A DNA stretch of 64,000 nucleotides from Pseudothermotoga sp. (GCA_031962025.1 JAVRKW010000001.1), one strand, 5' to 3'. Positions 1 through 10,983 are shown, counted from the first letter of the stretch. The notes: generated by a model from the sequence alone, not told the origin. Program-made: numbers and translations.

Positions 1-85
1 CAGGCGTTTTGGTGAGAAAAAAACTCTCAAACACCTATGTTTATAATTTGAATGAAAGCTTTAGAGATTTTCTGATGATAGAAGG

Positions 86-111
86 GGTGCTCGATCAGAC
101 GATCGAGCACC
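86..111 (-). terminator. Hairpin directly downstream of the NuoEF-like operon (probable terminator or 3' stabiliser)
   Basis: Perfect inverted repeat GGTGCTCGATC-agac-GATCGAGCACC 10 nt after the stop at 121; only a weak pyrimidine tail on the minus strand. Confidence 0.6.
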
Positions 112-120
112 AGAACATCA

Positions 121-1749
121 CTAAACCTTCGCCTTTGACTTCTGAGCCTTGACGAATTTGCACACACCATGCGGGCAAGAAGAAGATTTTATGTGTTTGA
201 CGAAATCTTCTTCGAAGTTTTCAAGAATTGACAGCAAAGGAACGTTGATACTCTGTCCAAGACCACACAAAGATGCTTCTTGAGTGACATATGCTATTTG
301 CTTCAGTGTTTCCAAATCTTCCAGTTTTCCCTGCCCCATACTCATTTTTTCGAGTATCTGCACGGCAAGCCTTGTACCTTCACGGCACGGTGTGCATTTA
401 CCACATGATTCATGTGCAAAAAATTGCATCGTATTGAGTGCAACATCCACAGGGCAGACTTCATCTGACATAGCCAGTATGACACCTGATCCGATGGAAA
501 CTCCATAATTCTTGAACGAATCATAGTCTAAGGGTACATCGAGTTTATCGACACCGATAAAAGTACCTGCCGTTCCACCAGTTTGAACCATGTACAGATC
601 CTTACCTCCAACAAGGCCACCACCAAATCTGTAGATAAGGTCACGAACAGTTGTACCCATTGGAACCTCTACAATGCCTCTTCTGACGACATTGCCAACA
701 AGTGAGAACACTTTTGTCCCTGGTGAACCAGCAGTTCCAAAGGATTTGAACCAGTCTGGGCCATTGAGAATTATGGAAGGAACATTGGCAAAAGTTTCCA
801 CGTTGTTAATCACCGTGGGTTTACCGAATAGACCGTTCGTTGGTGGATATGGTGGTTTCAGCCTCGGTCTGCCAGATTTTCCTTCAATTGATTCAAGCAG
901 GGCGGTTTCTTCACCGCATATATAAGCACCCGCACCGAGTCTGACTGTCAGGTCGAAGTCAAAACCGCTACCCATTATGTCCTTGCCCAAAAATCCATAC
1001 TCATATGCATCCCTGATTGCCTTTTGAATATTTTCTACTGACCCGTAATACTCACCGCGTATGTATATATATCCTTTGGTTGCTCCAACGGCATATCCGC
1101 AGATGATCATTGCTTCAACTACCGAATGTGGATCACCTTCCATTATCAACCTGTCTTTGAAAGTACCAGGTTCACCCTCATCGGCGTTGCAAACCACGTA
1201 TTTCTGATCAGCTTGGACCTTGGCAGTGAATTCCCATTTCAACCCGGTTGGAAAACCAGCGCCGCCACGTCCACGAAGACCGGAAGCTTTTACGCAATCG
1301 AGTACTTGTTGCGGTTTCATCTGGGTCAGGACCTTGTGAAGTGCAAAATACCCGTCTCTGGCTATGTATTCATCTATGTTCCTTGGATCGATATTGCCAA
1401 CATTTCTCAAAACGATTCTTGTTTCTGCACTGACTTTTTCTTTTTCCACAACGAGTTTTAGCCTGTCTTTTGGTATTTCAAGTGATAGAACAGCTCTTCC
1501 TTTGAGCAGATGTTCGGTTACAACTTTCTCAATATCCTGTGTGGAACGAATTGAGTAATAAACATCGTCAGGAAAGACTGCCATGACGACACCTTGCGTG
1601 TATACACCCATTGTACCTGTTTCTAAAACATCCACTGTATCCCTGAGATTGTACTTTTCAACCAGTTCTTTCAAATAATTGACAAAGTGTTTTGCACCAA
1701 GCAGTACACTGTTGGAATCAACCGATACGAGTACTAACATTGGTTTCAT
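121..1749 (-). CDS. NuoF/HydB-like NADH-binding flavoprotein (diaphorase) subunit, lacking the C-terminal 2x[4Fe-4S] domain
   Basis: SGLRGRGGAGFPTGLKW, NADEGEPGTFKDR, GAGAYICGEETAL, ESCGKCTPCREG..SLCGLG motifs. Confidence 0.92.
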   Translation of the reverse strand: MKPMLVLVSVDSNSVLLGAKHFVNYLKELVEKYNLRDTVDVLETGTMGVYTQGVVMAVFPDDVYYSIRSTQDIEKVVTEHLLKGRAVLSLEIPKDRLKLVVEKEKVSAETRIVLRNVGNIDPRNIDEYIARDGYFALHKVLTQMKPQQVLDCVKASGLRGRGGAGFPTGLKWEFTAKVQADQKYVVCNADEGEPGTFKDRLIMEGDPHSVVEAMIICGYAVGATKGYIYIRGEYYGSVENIQKAIRDAYEYGFLGKDIMGSGFDFDLTVRLGAGAYICGEETALLESIEGKSGRPRLKPPYPPTNGLFGKPTVINNVETFANVPSIILNGPDWFKSFGTAGSPGTKVFSLVGNVVRRGIVEVPMGTTVRDLIYRFGGGLVGGKDLYMVQTGGTAGTFIGVDKLDVPLDYDSFKNYGVSIGSGVILAMSDEVCPVDVALNTMQFFAHESCGKCTPCREGTRLAVQILEKMSMGQGKLEDLETLKQIAYVTQEASLCGLGQSINVPLLSILENFEEDFVKHIKSSSCPHGVCKFVKAQKSKAKV

Positions 1750-2240
1750 CGCGCATCACCTCCATTTCGGAGGTTTTCGATTATTTCTCTGACTTTCTTC
1801 GGTGTGAGATCACCATAATATTGATCGTTTATCATTATCACTGGTGCCACACCACACAGTCCAAGACAACTCGTTGTTTCGAGTGTGAAGAGGTTATCTT
1901 TGGTAGTTTCACCAAACTTCACTCCGAGTATCTCCTGCAAAGTTTGAACTATTTCTCTGCCGCCGGTTACATGACATGGCAAATTCACACAGACACGTAT
2001 TACATATTTACCTCTGGGTTTGGTGGAGAACATCGTGTAAAAAGTCAGAACTTCGTAAACTTTCGATTTTGGTATCATGAGTTCTTCTGCGACTATCTCT
2101 GCCGCTTCGATTGGAATGTAATTACCAAAATAGTCCTGAACTTTATGGAGTGTATTGATCAATATATCTCTTTCTTCTAAGGACTCAGATTTTGCCTCTC
2201 GAACAAGAGCACTCACCTTCTCGCGATCGACCACAACCAA
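1746..2240 (-). CDS. NuoE/HydC-like [2Fe-2S] subunit
   Basis: TFYTMF, CVNLPC...CLGLCGVAP thioredoxin-like 2Fe-2S ligands. Confidence 0.92.
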   Translation of the reverse strand: MVVVDREKVSALVREAKSESLEERDILINTLHKVQDYFGNYIPIEAAEIVAEELMIPKSKVYEVLTFYTMFSTKPRGKYVIRVCVNLPCHVTGGREIVQTLQEILGVKFGETTKDNLFTLETTSCLGLCGVAPVIMINDQYYGDLTPKKVREIIENLRNGGDAR

Positions 2241-2250
2241 CGCCCCCTTT

Positions 2251-4050
2251 TTACGGTGATACTTTGCTTATTGCACCAAACCTACAAACTTCAATGCAGC
2301 TACCGCATCTTATACAGATCTCGTTATCAATTTGGTGTACTTTTCTTACTTCACCTGAAATTGCATTTACAGGACATACTCTTGCACAGGCGGTACATCC
2401 AACACATTTTGCCGGGTCTATAGTGTATCTGATCAGTTTTTTGCATTTGAGAGATGGACAACGTTTTTCTTTAACGTGTGCTTCGTACTCTTTGCGGTAG
2501 TATCTCAGGGTGCTCAAAACAGGATTAGGAGCTGTTTGACCAAGCCCGCACAGGGATGTGTCTTTGATAACATTTGCTAAATGCTCTAACTCCTCAAGAT
2601 CTTCTTCTGTTCCTTCTCCGGATGTTATCTTATCTAAGATCTTCAACATCTGCCTTGTCCCTTCCCTACATGGAGTACATTTTCCACACGATTCATCTAC
2701 TGTGAATTCCAGGAAAAATCTGGCAACATCAACCATACAGTCGTCTTCATCCATTACTATCATTCCGCCTGAACCCATGATTGCACCAAGTTTCTGAAGT
2801 GATTCATAATCCACTGGTGTATCAAAGTACTCGGATGGTATACAACCTCCACTTGGACCTCCGGTCTGTACTGCTTTGATCTTTTTGCCTGTTGATGAAC
2901 CACCACCTATTTCATACAGAAGTTCTTTTAAGGTTATGCCCATCGGCACTTCAACAAGACCTGTGTTGGTAATCTTTCCAGCGAGAGCGAAAACCTTTGT
3001 ACCGGGGGATTTTTCTGTGCCTATACTTCTGAACCAGTCTGCTCCTTTGATTATGATTGGTGGTATACAGGCGAAGGTTTCAACGTTGTTTATAACAGTT
3101 GGACAACCCCAAACACCACTCTGTGCAGGGTAAGGTGGTTTAACTCGAGGCTGACCTCTTTTCCCTTCGATTGACGCAATCAGTGCCGTTTCCTCACCGC
3201 ACACGAAAGCACCTGCACCTATTCTTATTTCGATGTCAAAATCGAAGTTGCTGCCCATGATGTTTTGCCCAAGAAAACCGTATTCCTTTGCCTGTGAAAT
3301 AGCTATGTTAAGCCTTTCAATAGCCAGTGGATACTCCGCCCTCACGTATATATACCCCTGATTTGCACCTATCGCATATCCACCAATAGCCATCGCTTCG
3401 AGTACAGTATGTGGATCTCCTTCGAGTACCGAACGATCCATGAATGCTCCGGGGTCACCTTCATCAGCATTGCACACGATGTACTTTCTCTCGCCTTTAG
3501 ATTTTCTGGTCAGTTCCCATTTTAAACCAGTTGGGAAACCTGCTCCACCTCTACCGCGAAGACCACTTTTCTTTACTTCTTCTATGACCTGTTCAGGACT
3601 CATTTCTTTCAAGACTTTTGCCAGAGCAAAGTAGCCGTCTCTTGCTATGTACTCTTCGATATTGACTGGATCTATATAACCCACATTTCGTGTGGCTATT
3701 TTCACTTGTTTTGCAAAAAACGGTAGCTTTTCAACGGCTTGCGGTATCGTTTCACCGGTTGGCATTTTGTAAAGGTATTCCTTGACAATTCTTCCCTTCA
3801 ATATGTGTTCTTCAACGATTTTTCTTGCGGCTTGTGGTGTCAGTTTTTGATAAAAAACGCCTTCAGGGTAGATTACCATCAAAGGTCCCAAACTGCAGGC
3901 TCCCATACAACCAGTTTCAACAACTCTCACGACATCATTCAGAGCGTATTTTTCAATCTCTTTTTCAAGTGCTTGCTTCACGCTCTCTTCTCCTGCAGAA
4001 ATGCAAGCACCTCCTGCACAAATCAGGATCGTAGTCGCTGCCAGTGGCAC
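2251..4050 (-). CDS. NuoF/HydB/HndC-like flavoprotein subunit with N-terminal 2Fe-2S and C-terminal 2x[4Fe-4S] domains
   Basis: CAGGAC..CMGAC, GRGGAGFPTG, NADEGDPGAFMDR, GGPSGG, ESCGKCTPCREG, CVGCTACARVCP and CIRCGSCIEVC. Confidence 0.93.
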   Translation of the reverse strand: MPLAATTILICAGGACISAGEESVKQALEKEIEKYALNDVVRVVETGCMGACSLGPLMVIYPEGVFYQKLTPQAARKIVEEHILKGRIVKEYLYKMPTGETIPQAVEKLPFFAKQVKIATRNVGYIDPVNIEEYIARDGYFALAKVLKEMSPEQVIEEVKKSGLRGRGGAGFPTGLKWELTRKSKGERKYIVCNADEGDPGAFMDRSVLEGDPHTVLEAMAIGGYAIGANQGYIYVRAEYPLAIERLNIAISQAKEYGFLGQNIMGSNFDFDIEIRIGAGAFVCGEETALIASIEGKRGQPRVKPPYPAQSGVWGCPTVINNVETFACIPPIIIKGADWFRSIGTEKSPGTKVFALAGKITNTGLVEVPMGITLKELLYEIGGGSSTGKKIKAVQTGGPSGGCIPSEYFDTPVDYESLQKLGAIMGSGGMIVMDEDDCMVDVARFFLEFTVDESCGKCTPCREGTRQMLKILDKITSGEGTEEDLEELEHLANVIKDTSLCGLGQTAPNPVLSTLRYYRKEYEAHVKEKRCPSLKCKKLIRYTIDPAKCVGCTACARVCPVNAISGEVRKVHQIDNEICIRCGSCIEVCRFGAISKVSP

Positions 4051-4065
4051 TCAGATCACCTCTTC

Positions 4066-4443
4066 TTAGATTTCTCCTCTTTTGACCAGTAAGTCAGTGA
4101 CAATTTGATTGGACATTATGTGTAGTTTTACGATTCTTCTTGCGTTTTCGGGAGTTACATGACCGTAAACGACCGGTTCTTGACCTTCTATTCTCACCTC
4201 AACAGTTGGTTCAACTTCACACAAGCCCATGCATCCTGACTGTACAACTGAGATGTCGTTGATATTATTCTCGCTGAGAGCTTCAACAATAGCTTTGAGA
4301 GTATCCTTGGCTCCAGCGGCTATACCACAGGTACCCATTGCCACTGTAATTTTTCCTCTTTTTCCCGTATCTCTTAACTGAAGTTCTTTAACAGCCTTCT
4401 CTTTGATTTTCATTAAATCCTCAATCGATTTTATTTTGTTCAT
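4066..4443 (-). CDS. Thioredoxin-like [2Fe-2S] ferredoxin subunit (HydD/HndB-like)
   Basis: VAMGTCGIAAGA and SGCMGLCEVEP motifs. Confidence 0.88.
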   Translation of the reverse strand: MNKIKSIEDLMKIKEKAVKELQLRDTGKRGKITVAMGTCGIAAGAKDTLKAIVEALSENNINDISVVQSGCMGLCEVEPTVEVRIEGQEPVVYGHVTPENARRIVKLHIMSNQIVTDLLVKRGEI

Positions 4444-4937
4444 TATTCCTTCACCTCCTTGTATTTTTCAATAATCCTTGGAACCATATCTGGCTTTACT
4501 CTGCCATAGAAATCCTTTTCACCTATGAGAACCACCGGTGCCATACTGCAAGCGCCGAGGCACCTGACGGGATGAACTGAAAATTGTCCATCCTTGGTCG
4601 GCTCTTCTGGTTTCGTGCCAAGTTCTTCTAAAAACCTCTCGAAAACTCTGTCTCCACCCTTGACGTAGCAGGCTGTACCAAGACATACCTTGATCTGTAC
4701 CTTTCCTTTCGGTTTGGTTGAAAAGAAATTGTAGAAGGTCACAACTCCATAGACTTGAGAGACCGGGATGTTAAGTGCATCTGCAATATGCTGCTGCACC
4801 TCTACGGAAAGATAACCAAACAACTCCTGGGCTTTTTGCAAGACAGAGATGAGCTTATCCGGTTTTGCACCGATAGAACTGATGTAGTTGTCCAATTCCT
4901 TGAACAGTCGTTCACCTGTAGTGCAGAGATCTGGCAA
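4443..4937 (-). CDS. NuoE/HydC/HndA-like [2Fe-2S] subunit
   Basis: VVTFYNFF, CLGTACYVKG...CLGACSMAP; start placed at TTG 4937 because GGAGG abuts the GTG at 4946. Confidence 0.9.
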   Translation of the reverse strand: MPDLCTTGERLFKELDNYISSIGAKPDKLISVLQKAQELFGYLSVEVQQHIADALNIPVSQVYGVVTFYNFFSTKPKGKVQIKVCLGTACYVKGGDRVFERFLEELGTKPEEPTKDGQFSVHPVRCLGACSMAPVVLIGEKDFYGRVKPDMVPRIIEKYKEVKE

Positions 4938-4949
4938 TTGTTCCACCTC

Positions 4950-4967
4950 CTGTTAATAAATTCACAA
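4950..4967. promoter_or_regulatory. Rex-like operator upstream of the NuoEF-like operon
   Basis: Minus strand TTGTGAA-TTTA-TTAACAG vs Rex consensus TTGTGAA-N4-TTCACAA (2 mismatches), between the extended -10 and the RBS. Confidence 0.65.
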
Positions 4968-4978
4968 ACTTCAGCTCG

Positions 4979-4987
4979 ATTATACCA
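4979..4987 (-). promoter_or_regulatory. Extended -10 promoter element for the NuoEF-like operon
   Basis: TGGTATAAT on the minus strand ~40 nt upstream of the first gene. Confidence 0.55.
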
Positions 4988-5042
4988 CTTTTGGTTGAAA
5001 AAAGCACATGTGATGGTAAAGTAAATAATGGAGGGATAGAAA

Positions 5043-6059
5043 ATGACCATGCTGATTAAAGTAGACCCGCTTAAACCAGCTGAAGATGTCCTTCGCAAGG
5101 CGGCTGATTTGATAAGGGAAGGTGGTGTTGTTGCGTTTCCTACAGAAACAGTCTATGGCCTTGGTGCCGATTGTTTCAATGTATCAGCTGTATTGAAAGT
5201 TTTTCAAATAAAAAACAGACCTGCCGATAATCCTTTGATCGTTCACATATTTGATAGAAAACAACTTGGCGATCTCATAGATCAGGATTACCAGAAAGCT
5301 TCTGCGATCATGGATGTTTTCTGGCCCGGTCCAGTAACTCTCATATTCAGAAAAAAGCCCGCTGTTCCGAAAGAAGTAACAGGAGGACTTGAAACCATAG
5401 CCGTCAGAATGCCAAGCCATCCGGTTGCACAGAAGTTTTTGATGCTGTGTGGTACACCCGTAGCCGCACCGAGTGCAAATCTATCTGGAAGACCAAGCCC
5501 AACAAGAGCTGAACACGTGATAGAAGATCTTTATGGTTTGGTTGATGCGATCATAGATGGTGGAGAAACTCCTTTTGGAATTGAGTCAACCATAGTAGAC
5601 TTTTCAAGACAAAAGCCCGTTCTTTTGCGCCCGGGTCCTGCCACAATAGAGGAAATACAAAGACTCATACCAAATCTCGAAATTCCAGAGTTTCTTCTGA
5701 AAAAAGTGGACGAGCCTGTCAGACCACTTTCCCCTGGTATGACTTACAGACACTATGCACCCGAAAAACCTTTGATTCTTGTGGTGAATGAAAAAAGACT
5801 CGATGAAATACTCTTGAAATACCCTGATGCCCCCGTCATATGTCCTCAAGAAATGGTTACAAAGTTCTATGGTAGAAAAACCATCGTTCTTGGGACGCTG
5901 AAAGAACCTTTCACGATTGCTCAGAATCTTTTTCACGTACTCAGAACGGTGGACTCAGTTACAGTTGAAGCTGCAATTGTAATTGGTTTTGAACCAAAAG
6001 GTATACTTTTTTCTGTAATGAATCGCTTGAGAAAAGCCGCAACCGAGATTGTAGAATAA
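5043..6059 (+). CDS. sua5: L-threonylcarbamoyladenylate synthase, Sua5/TsaC2 type (YrdC + Sua5 C-terminal domain)
   Basis: VAFPTETVYGLGA, KNRPADNPLIVH, AAPSANLSGRPSPT, SPGMTYRHYAP. Confidence 0.93.
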   Translation: MTMLIKVDPLKPAEDVLRKAADLIREGGVVAFPTETVYGLGADCFNVSAVLKVFQIKNRPADNPLIVHIFDRKQLGDLIDQDYQKASAIMDVFWPGPVTLIFRKKPAVPKEVTGGLETIAVRMPSHPVAQKFLMLCGTPVAAPSANLSGRPSPTRAEHVIEDLYGLVDAIIDGGETPFGIESTIVDFSRQKPVLLRPGPATIEEIQRLIPNLEIPEFLLKKVDEPVRPLSPGMTYRHYAPEKPLILVVNEKRLDEILLKYPDAPVICPQEMVTKFYGRKTIVLGTLKEPFTIAQNLFHVLRTVDSVTVEAAIVIGFEPKGILFSVMNRLRKAATEIVE

Positions 6060-6160
6060 CTGTAACTTCACGGTGCCTGGTTTTTAAAGATTTTCATCGG
6101 CAAAAATGTTTATCAACGCGTAAAATAACAGTGAGACCACTTTTGAGGAGGTGAGTTTCC

Positions 6161-6199
6161 TTGGAAAGCACCAGTAGTTCATTCAGTTTACCGCCATAG
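6161..6199 (+). other. Putative leader uORF MESTSSSFSLPP upstream of mgtE
   Basis: GAGGAGGTGA RBS 6 nt before TTG; 12 codons ending CCG CCA TAG. Confidence 0.45.
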
Positions 6200-6215
6200 A
6201 TATTGAGGAGGTGAC

Positions 6216-7559
6216 TTGATGAAAGTAAAAGTGCAAGTCGATATCAAAAGGTTTATCGAAAATGGAGATTTCAGAACGCTGAAAACGATACTGACCCAAC
6301 AGGAACCTGCCGAAATACTTGAAATGATTGAAGAACTTCCGCCAGATGAAAAGATAATAGTTTTTCGTCTGCTTCCCAAAGACCAGGCAGCTTTGGTTTT
6401 CAGTGAGCTTGAGACAGATGACCAGATAGCATTAATAAAGTTGTTCAAGGAAGAAAGGCTCAGAGAAATCATATCTTCAATGGATCCAGATGACAGAGCA
6501 GAGCTTTTGGAAGAAATGCCGGCAAACGTTGTGAACAAATTGCTTTCCTATCTGACGCCAGAAGAGAGAAAAATTACTTTGTCTTTGCTCAACTATCCTG
6601 AGAACTCTGCGGGTCGTTTGACAACTCCAAAGTGCCTTGAGCTGTATTCAGGTATGACTGTTAGCGAAGCCCTGGAGAAGATCAGGAAGGAGGGTAAGGA
6701 CAAAGAAACAGTTCACCTGATGCCCGTAATAGATAGATCAAGAAAGTTGCTTGGTAGCGTGGAACTGCAGGATTTGATCTTTGCAGAACCGACTTCCTTA
6801 GTTGAACAGATCATGAATTCAGAACCTATTTTTGTTTATGCCACCACAGATCAGGAAGAAGTTGCTCAGATAATGAGAAAGTATGACCTGTTTGTCGTAC
6901 CAGTTGTGGACAGCGAACAGCGACTGATAGGGATCATCACCATAGATGACATCGTAGATGTGATAGATGAAGAGGCAACGGAAGACATCCAGAAAATGAG
7001 CTCGATAGTTACAACCGAAGAACCTTATCTTCACGTGAGTGGATGGAAATTGGTATTTAAAAGACTGCCCTGGCTTGTGGCTTTGCTTTTAATTGAAAGT
7101 ATCAACGGTAATGTGATAGCAAAATTTGAGCATTTTCTCGCATCTTTGCCCATAGTTGCTGCTTTTATGCCGACAATGATGGACACCGGGGGAAATATTG
7201 GTTCGCAGATTTCAGCACTTATCATAAGAGGCATGGCACTTGGTGAGATAAAATCAAAAGATTGGTGGAAGATCATTTTACGTGAGATACTGATCGGCTC
7301 TGTGCTTGGGATCTTGCTTGGTCTGGTTTTATTTTTCAGATCGATGATGATCAGTCCGTCTATCAAAGTTGGATTGGCGGTTTCCTTAGCTTTGACTGTT
7401 GTTGTGATTTTTGCTAACATCCTTGGTGCTTTTCTGCCGTTCTTAGCGCGTCTTGTACATATAGACCCGGCTTTAATGGCTGGTCCACTGCTGACAACCA
7501 TAGTCGATGTTGCGGGAATTGTTATGTACTTCATCATTGTTCATATGATGCTCGGGTGA
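6216..7559 (+). CDS. mgtE: Magnesium transporter MgtE
   Basis: MgtE_N, CBS pair, KRLPWL, GGNIGSQ, DPALMAGPLLTTIVD. Confidence 0.95.
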   Translation: MMKVKVQVDIKRFIENGDFRTLKTILTQQEPAEILEMIEELPPDEKIIVFRLLPKDQAALVFSELETDDQIALIKLFKEERLREIISSMDPDDRAELLEEMPANVVNKLLSYLTPEERKITLSLLNYPENSAGRLTTPKCLELYSGMTVSEALEKIRKEGKDKETVHLMPVIDRSRKLLGSVELQDLIFAEPTSLVEQIMNSEPIFVYATTDQEEVAQIMRKYDLFVVPVVDSEQRLIGIITIDDIVDVIDEEATEDIQKMSSIVTTEEPYLHVSGWKLVFKRLPWLVALLLIESINGNVIAKFEHFLASLPIVAAFMPTMMDTGGNIGSQISALIIRGMALGEIKSKDWWKIILREILIGSVLGILLGLVLFFRSMMISPSIKVGLAVSLALTVVVIFANILGAFLPFLARLVHIDPALMAGPLLTTIVDVAGIVMYFIIVHMMLG

Positions 7560-7561
7560 TT

Positions 7562-7590
7562 TTGACTTTTTTTGCTAAAGGGCGTATAAT
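7562..7590 (+). promoter_or_regulatory. Sigma70-type promoter of csp
   Basis: TTGACT-17 nt-TATAAT. Confidence 0.8.
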
Positions 7591-7640
7591 CTTGTAAGCC
7601 CGAAAGGGGTTATTTCGTTTTTGCAGGGAGGAGTTTTACC

Positions 7641-7841
7641 ATGAAAGGTACTGTCAAGTGGTTTGACCCCAAAAAGGGGTATGGTTTTATCACTAAGAAG
7701 GAGGGTGGAGATGTTTTTGTCCACTGGTCAGCATTAGAAATGGACGGCTTCAAAACCCTCAAGGAAGGTCAGGAAGTTGAATTCGAGATTCAAGATGGTC
7801 CAAAAGGTCCTCAGGCAGCCCATGTAAAAGTTGTTGGGTGA
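7641..7841 (+). CDS. csp: Cold-shock protein
   Basis: KGTVKWF, KGYGFI (RNP1), DVFVHW (RNP2); GGAGG RBS. Confidence 0.97.
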   Translation: MKGTVKWFDPKKGYGFITKKEGGDVFVHWSALEMDGFKTLKEGQEVEFEIQDGPKGPQAAHVKVVG

Positions 7842-7863
7842 TGGCAAAAACCTGACCATAATT

Positions 7864-7889
7864 AAAGCCCCGCAATGTGCGGGGCTTTT
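7864..7889. terminator. Intrinsic (probably bidirectional) terminator between convergent genes
   Basis: AAAGCCCCGCA-atg-TGCGGGGCTTTT followed by ATTTT. Confidence 0.85.
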
Positions 7890-7907
7890 ATTTTCTCAAT
7901 TTGCACC

Positions 7908-8441
7908 TTAGAATCTTATGGACACATTTGCTCCGACAGGTACTGATGTACAACTATTATTGTTACCATATGTTCTCATTTCTATGCCTGCTCCTGCTCC
8001 AATGGCAAAGTTGCTCATATCAAAGGTGTAAAAGACACCTATTCCAACTACATAACCAAGTTTATCAAAATTTGTAAAACCAGGTATCGATAAACCACCG
8101 TAACCTTTGACTGTAACAGATGAAAAATCATCGATCGGCAGATTGTATTTAGCCGCAACTAATAGATCAAGCGTATACTGAGTATCTACACCACCTAAGA
8201 AATTTGCTATGGTATCTGTCGAATTAGAAATGAACCAGGACAGTCCAACTCCCCCACCAATTTCTACACCTTCGGATACTTCATACGTTATCAGCGCTCC
8301 AAAAGATACATAGGCAGTTGGAGATGCAGTGGTTGGTGTAGCAAACAACACAAAATCGTAAGAACCAAAGATATCGGTATTCACCTGAGCCAGAGCAACA
8401 ACACCCAGAAGAGCTGCAAATAAGACCAACACTTTCTTCAT
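7908..8441 (-). CDS. Exported beta-strand-rich protein, probable small outer-membrane beta-barrel
   Basis: Signal peptide (..VVALA-Q), alternating amphipathic Gly/aromatic strands, C-terminal VSIRF. Confidence 0.65.
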   Translation of the reverse strand: MKKVLVLFAALLGVVALAQVNTDIFGSYDFVLFATPTTASPTAYVSFGALITYEVSEGVEIGGGVGLSWFISNSTDTIANFLGGVDTQYTLDLLVAAKYNLPIDDFSSVTVKGYGGLSIPGFTNFDKLGYVVGIGVFYTFDMSNFAIGAGAGIEMRTYGNNNSCTSVPVGANVSIRF

Positions 8442-8484
8442 TCATATTCCTCCCTTCAGAATAACAGTTCTGTCAGAAAGTATA

Positions 8485-9978
<1,494 letters not shown>

Positions 9979-10116
9979 CTACTTTTCAGCATGAAAACTC
10001 AAACAAAAAATTTCTACTTTTTTAATTTTATCACTTTATTCGCTGGATCACAAATGCTTATGTGAATCTCGGTTTGGGTGTAAAATTTACAATGGGGGAG
10101 TATCCGGGGTGATAAA

Positions 10117-10983
10117 GTGAAAACCAGAAAGCGGCAAAAAGGGTTCATCAGATTGTTTATGGTTTTTCTTTTCACGATGCTGATTTTGTTGATACTGTAT
10201 CCGAAAAATCAGAATGTTGGTGGCCTTGGCTATTTTGAGATCATGGATTTTTTTGCACGTATTTTCATAATATGCATTCTTTTCAGTTATTCTTATATCT
10301 TTTTGAAAGCTGGTGTATTTCTTTTTGCTTATTCAAAAATATTCAAAATCGTTGGAATCATTTCCTCTACTAAGATAGTTTCTGAAATAGGTGTGATTTT
10401 GGAAACAAGTGGTGTTGTTCTGGTAGCAGTCAGCCTGATTTTGCTGTCCAGAAATGTTTTGAATGATCAATTATTCAACCTGGCTTTTTCGGATTCATTA
10501 ACGGGTTTGATGAACAGGCATGCGTTTTTATATCAGGCACAAAAAACACTTAGAGTTCTGTCTGAGAAAGATAAAAATGCAGCTATTATATATGTTGATC
10601 TGAACAAATTCAAATCTGTCAACGATTACCACGGTCATCACACTGGAGATGAGGTACTTGGGATAGTCGGTAAAAGGATTAAGACCACTGTTAGAAATAA
10701 AGATCTAATAGCAAGGTTTGGTGGAGATGAATTTGTGTTCTTTTTACCAGATTCAGACTGGAAGGTGGCTGAGGAGGTGGCAAAAAGAGTTGTTGAAAAA
10801 ATTTCTCGCCCAATTATAATCAATGGTGTACAATTCTGTCTTGGGGCAAGTGCAGGTATAGCAGTTTTCCCAGATGATGGAAAAACAGTGGAAGAACTGA
10901 TCAAAAATGCAGATAGAGCTATGTACAGAGCAAAGAACACATCTGCCGGTTACATGTTTTCTTCACAAATTGAAGGAGTTTGA
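10117..10983 (+). CDS. Membrane-anchored diguanylate cyclase (GGDEF)
   Basis: N-terminal TM helices; DSLTGLMNR, DLNKFKSVND, RNKD I-site, RFGGDEF. Confidence 0.92.
   Translation: MKTRKRQKGFIRLFMVFLFTMLILLILYPKNQNVGGLGYFEIMDFFARIFIICILFSYSYIFLKAGVFLFAYSKIFKIVGIISSTKIVSEIGVILETSGVVLVAVSLILLSRNVLNDQLFNLAFSDSLTGLMNRHAFLYQAQKTLRVLSEKDKNAAIIYVDLNKFKSVNDYHGHHTGDEVLGIVGKRIKTTVRNKDLIARFGGDEFVFFLPDSDWKVAEEVAKRVVEKISRPIIINGVQFCLGASAGIAVFPDDGKTVEELIKNADRAMYRAKNTSAGYMFSSQIEGV

Noticed and set aside
121..4937. Calling the NuoE/NuoF genes respiratory complex I or a complete hydrogenase
   Set aside because: No membrane Nuo subunits and no H-cluster or NiFe motifs in the operon
6060..6215. M-box (ykoK) riboswitch upstream of mgtE
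   Set aside because: The leader is short and shows neither recognisable conserved M-box structure nor a terminator
10048..10066. TCACA-N8-TGTGA between the GH4 and GGDEF genes as a Rex/CRP site
   Set aside because: Half-sites are in the reverse orientation to the Rex and CRP consensus; too weak to call
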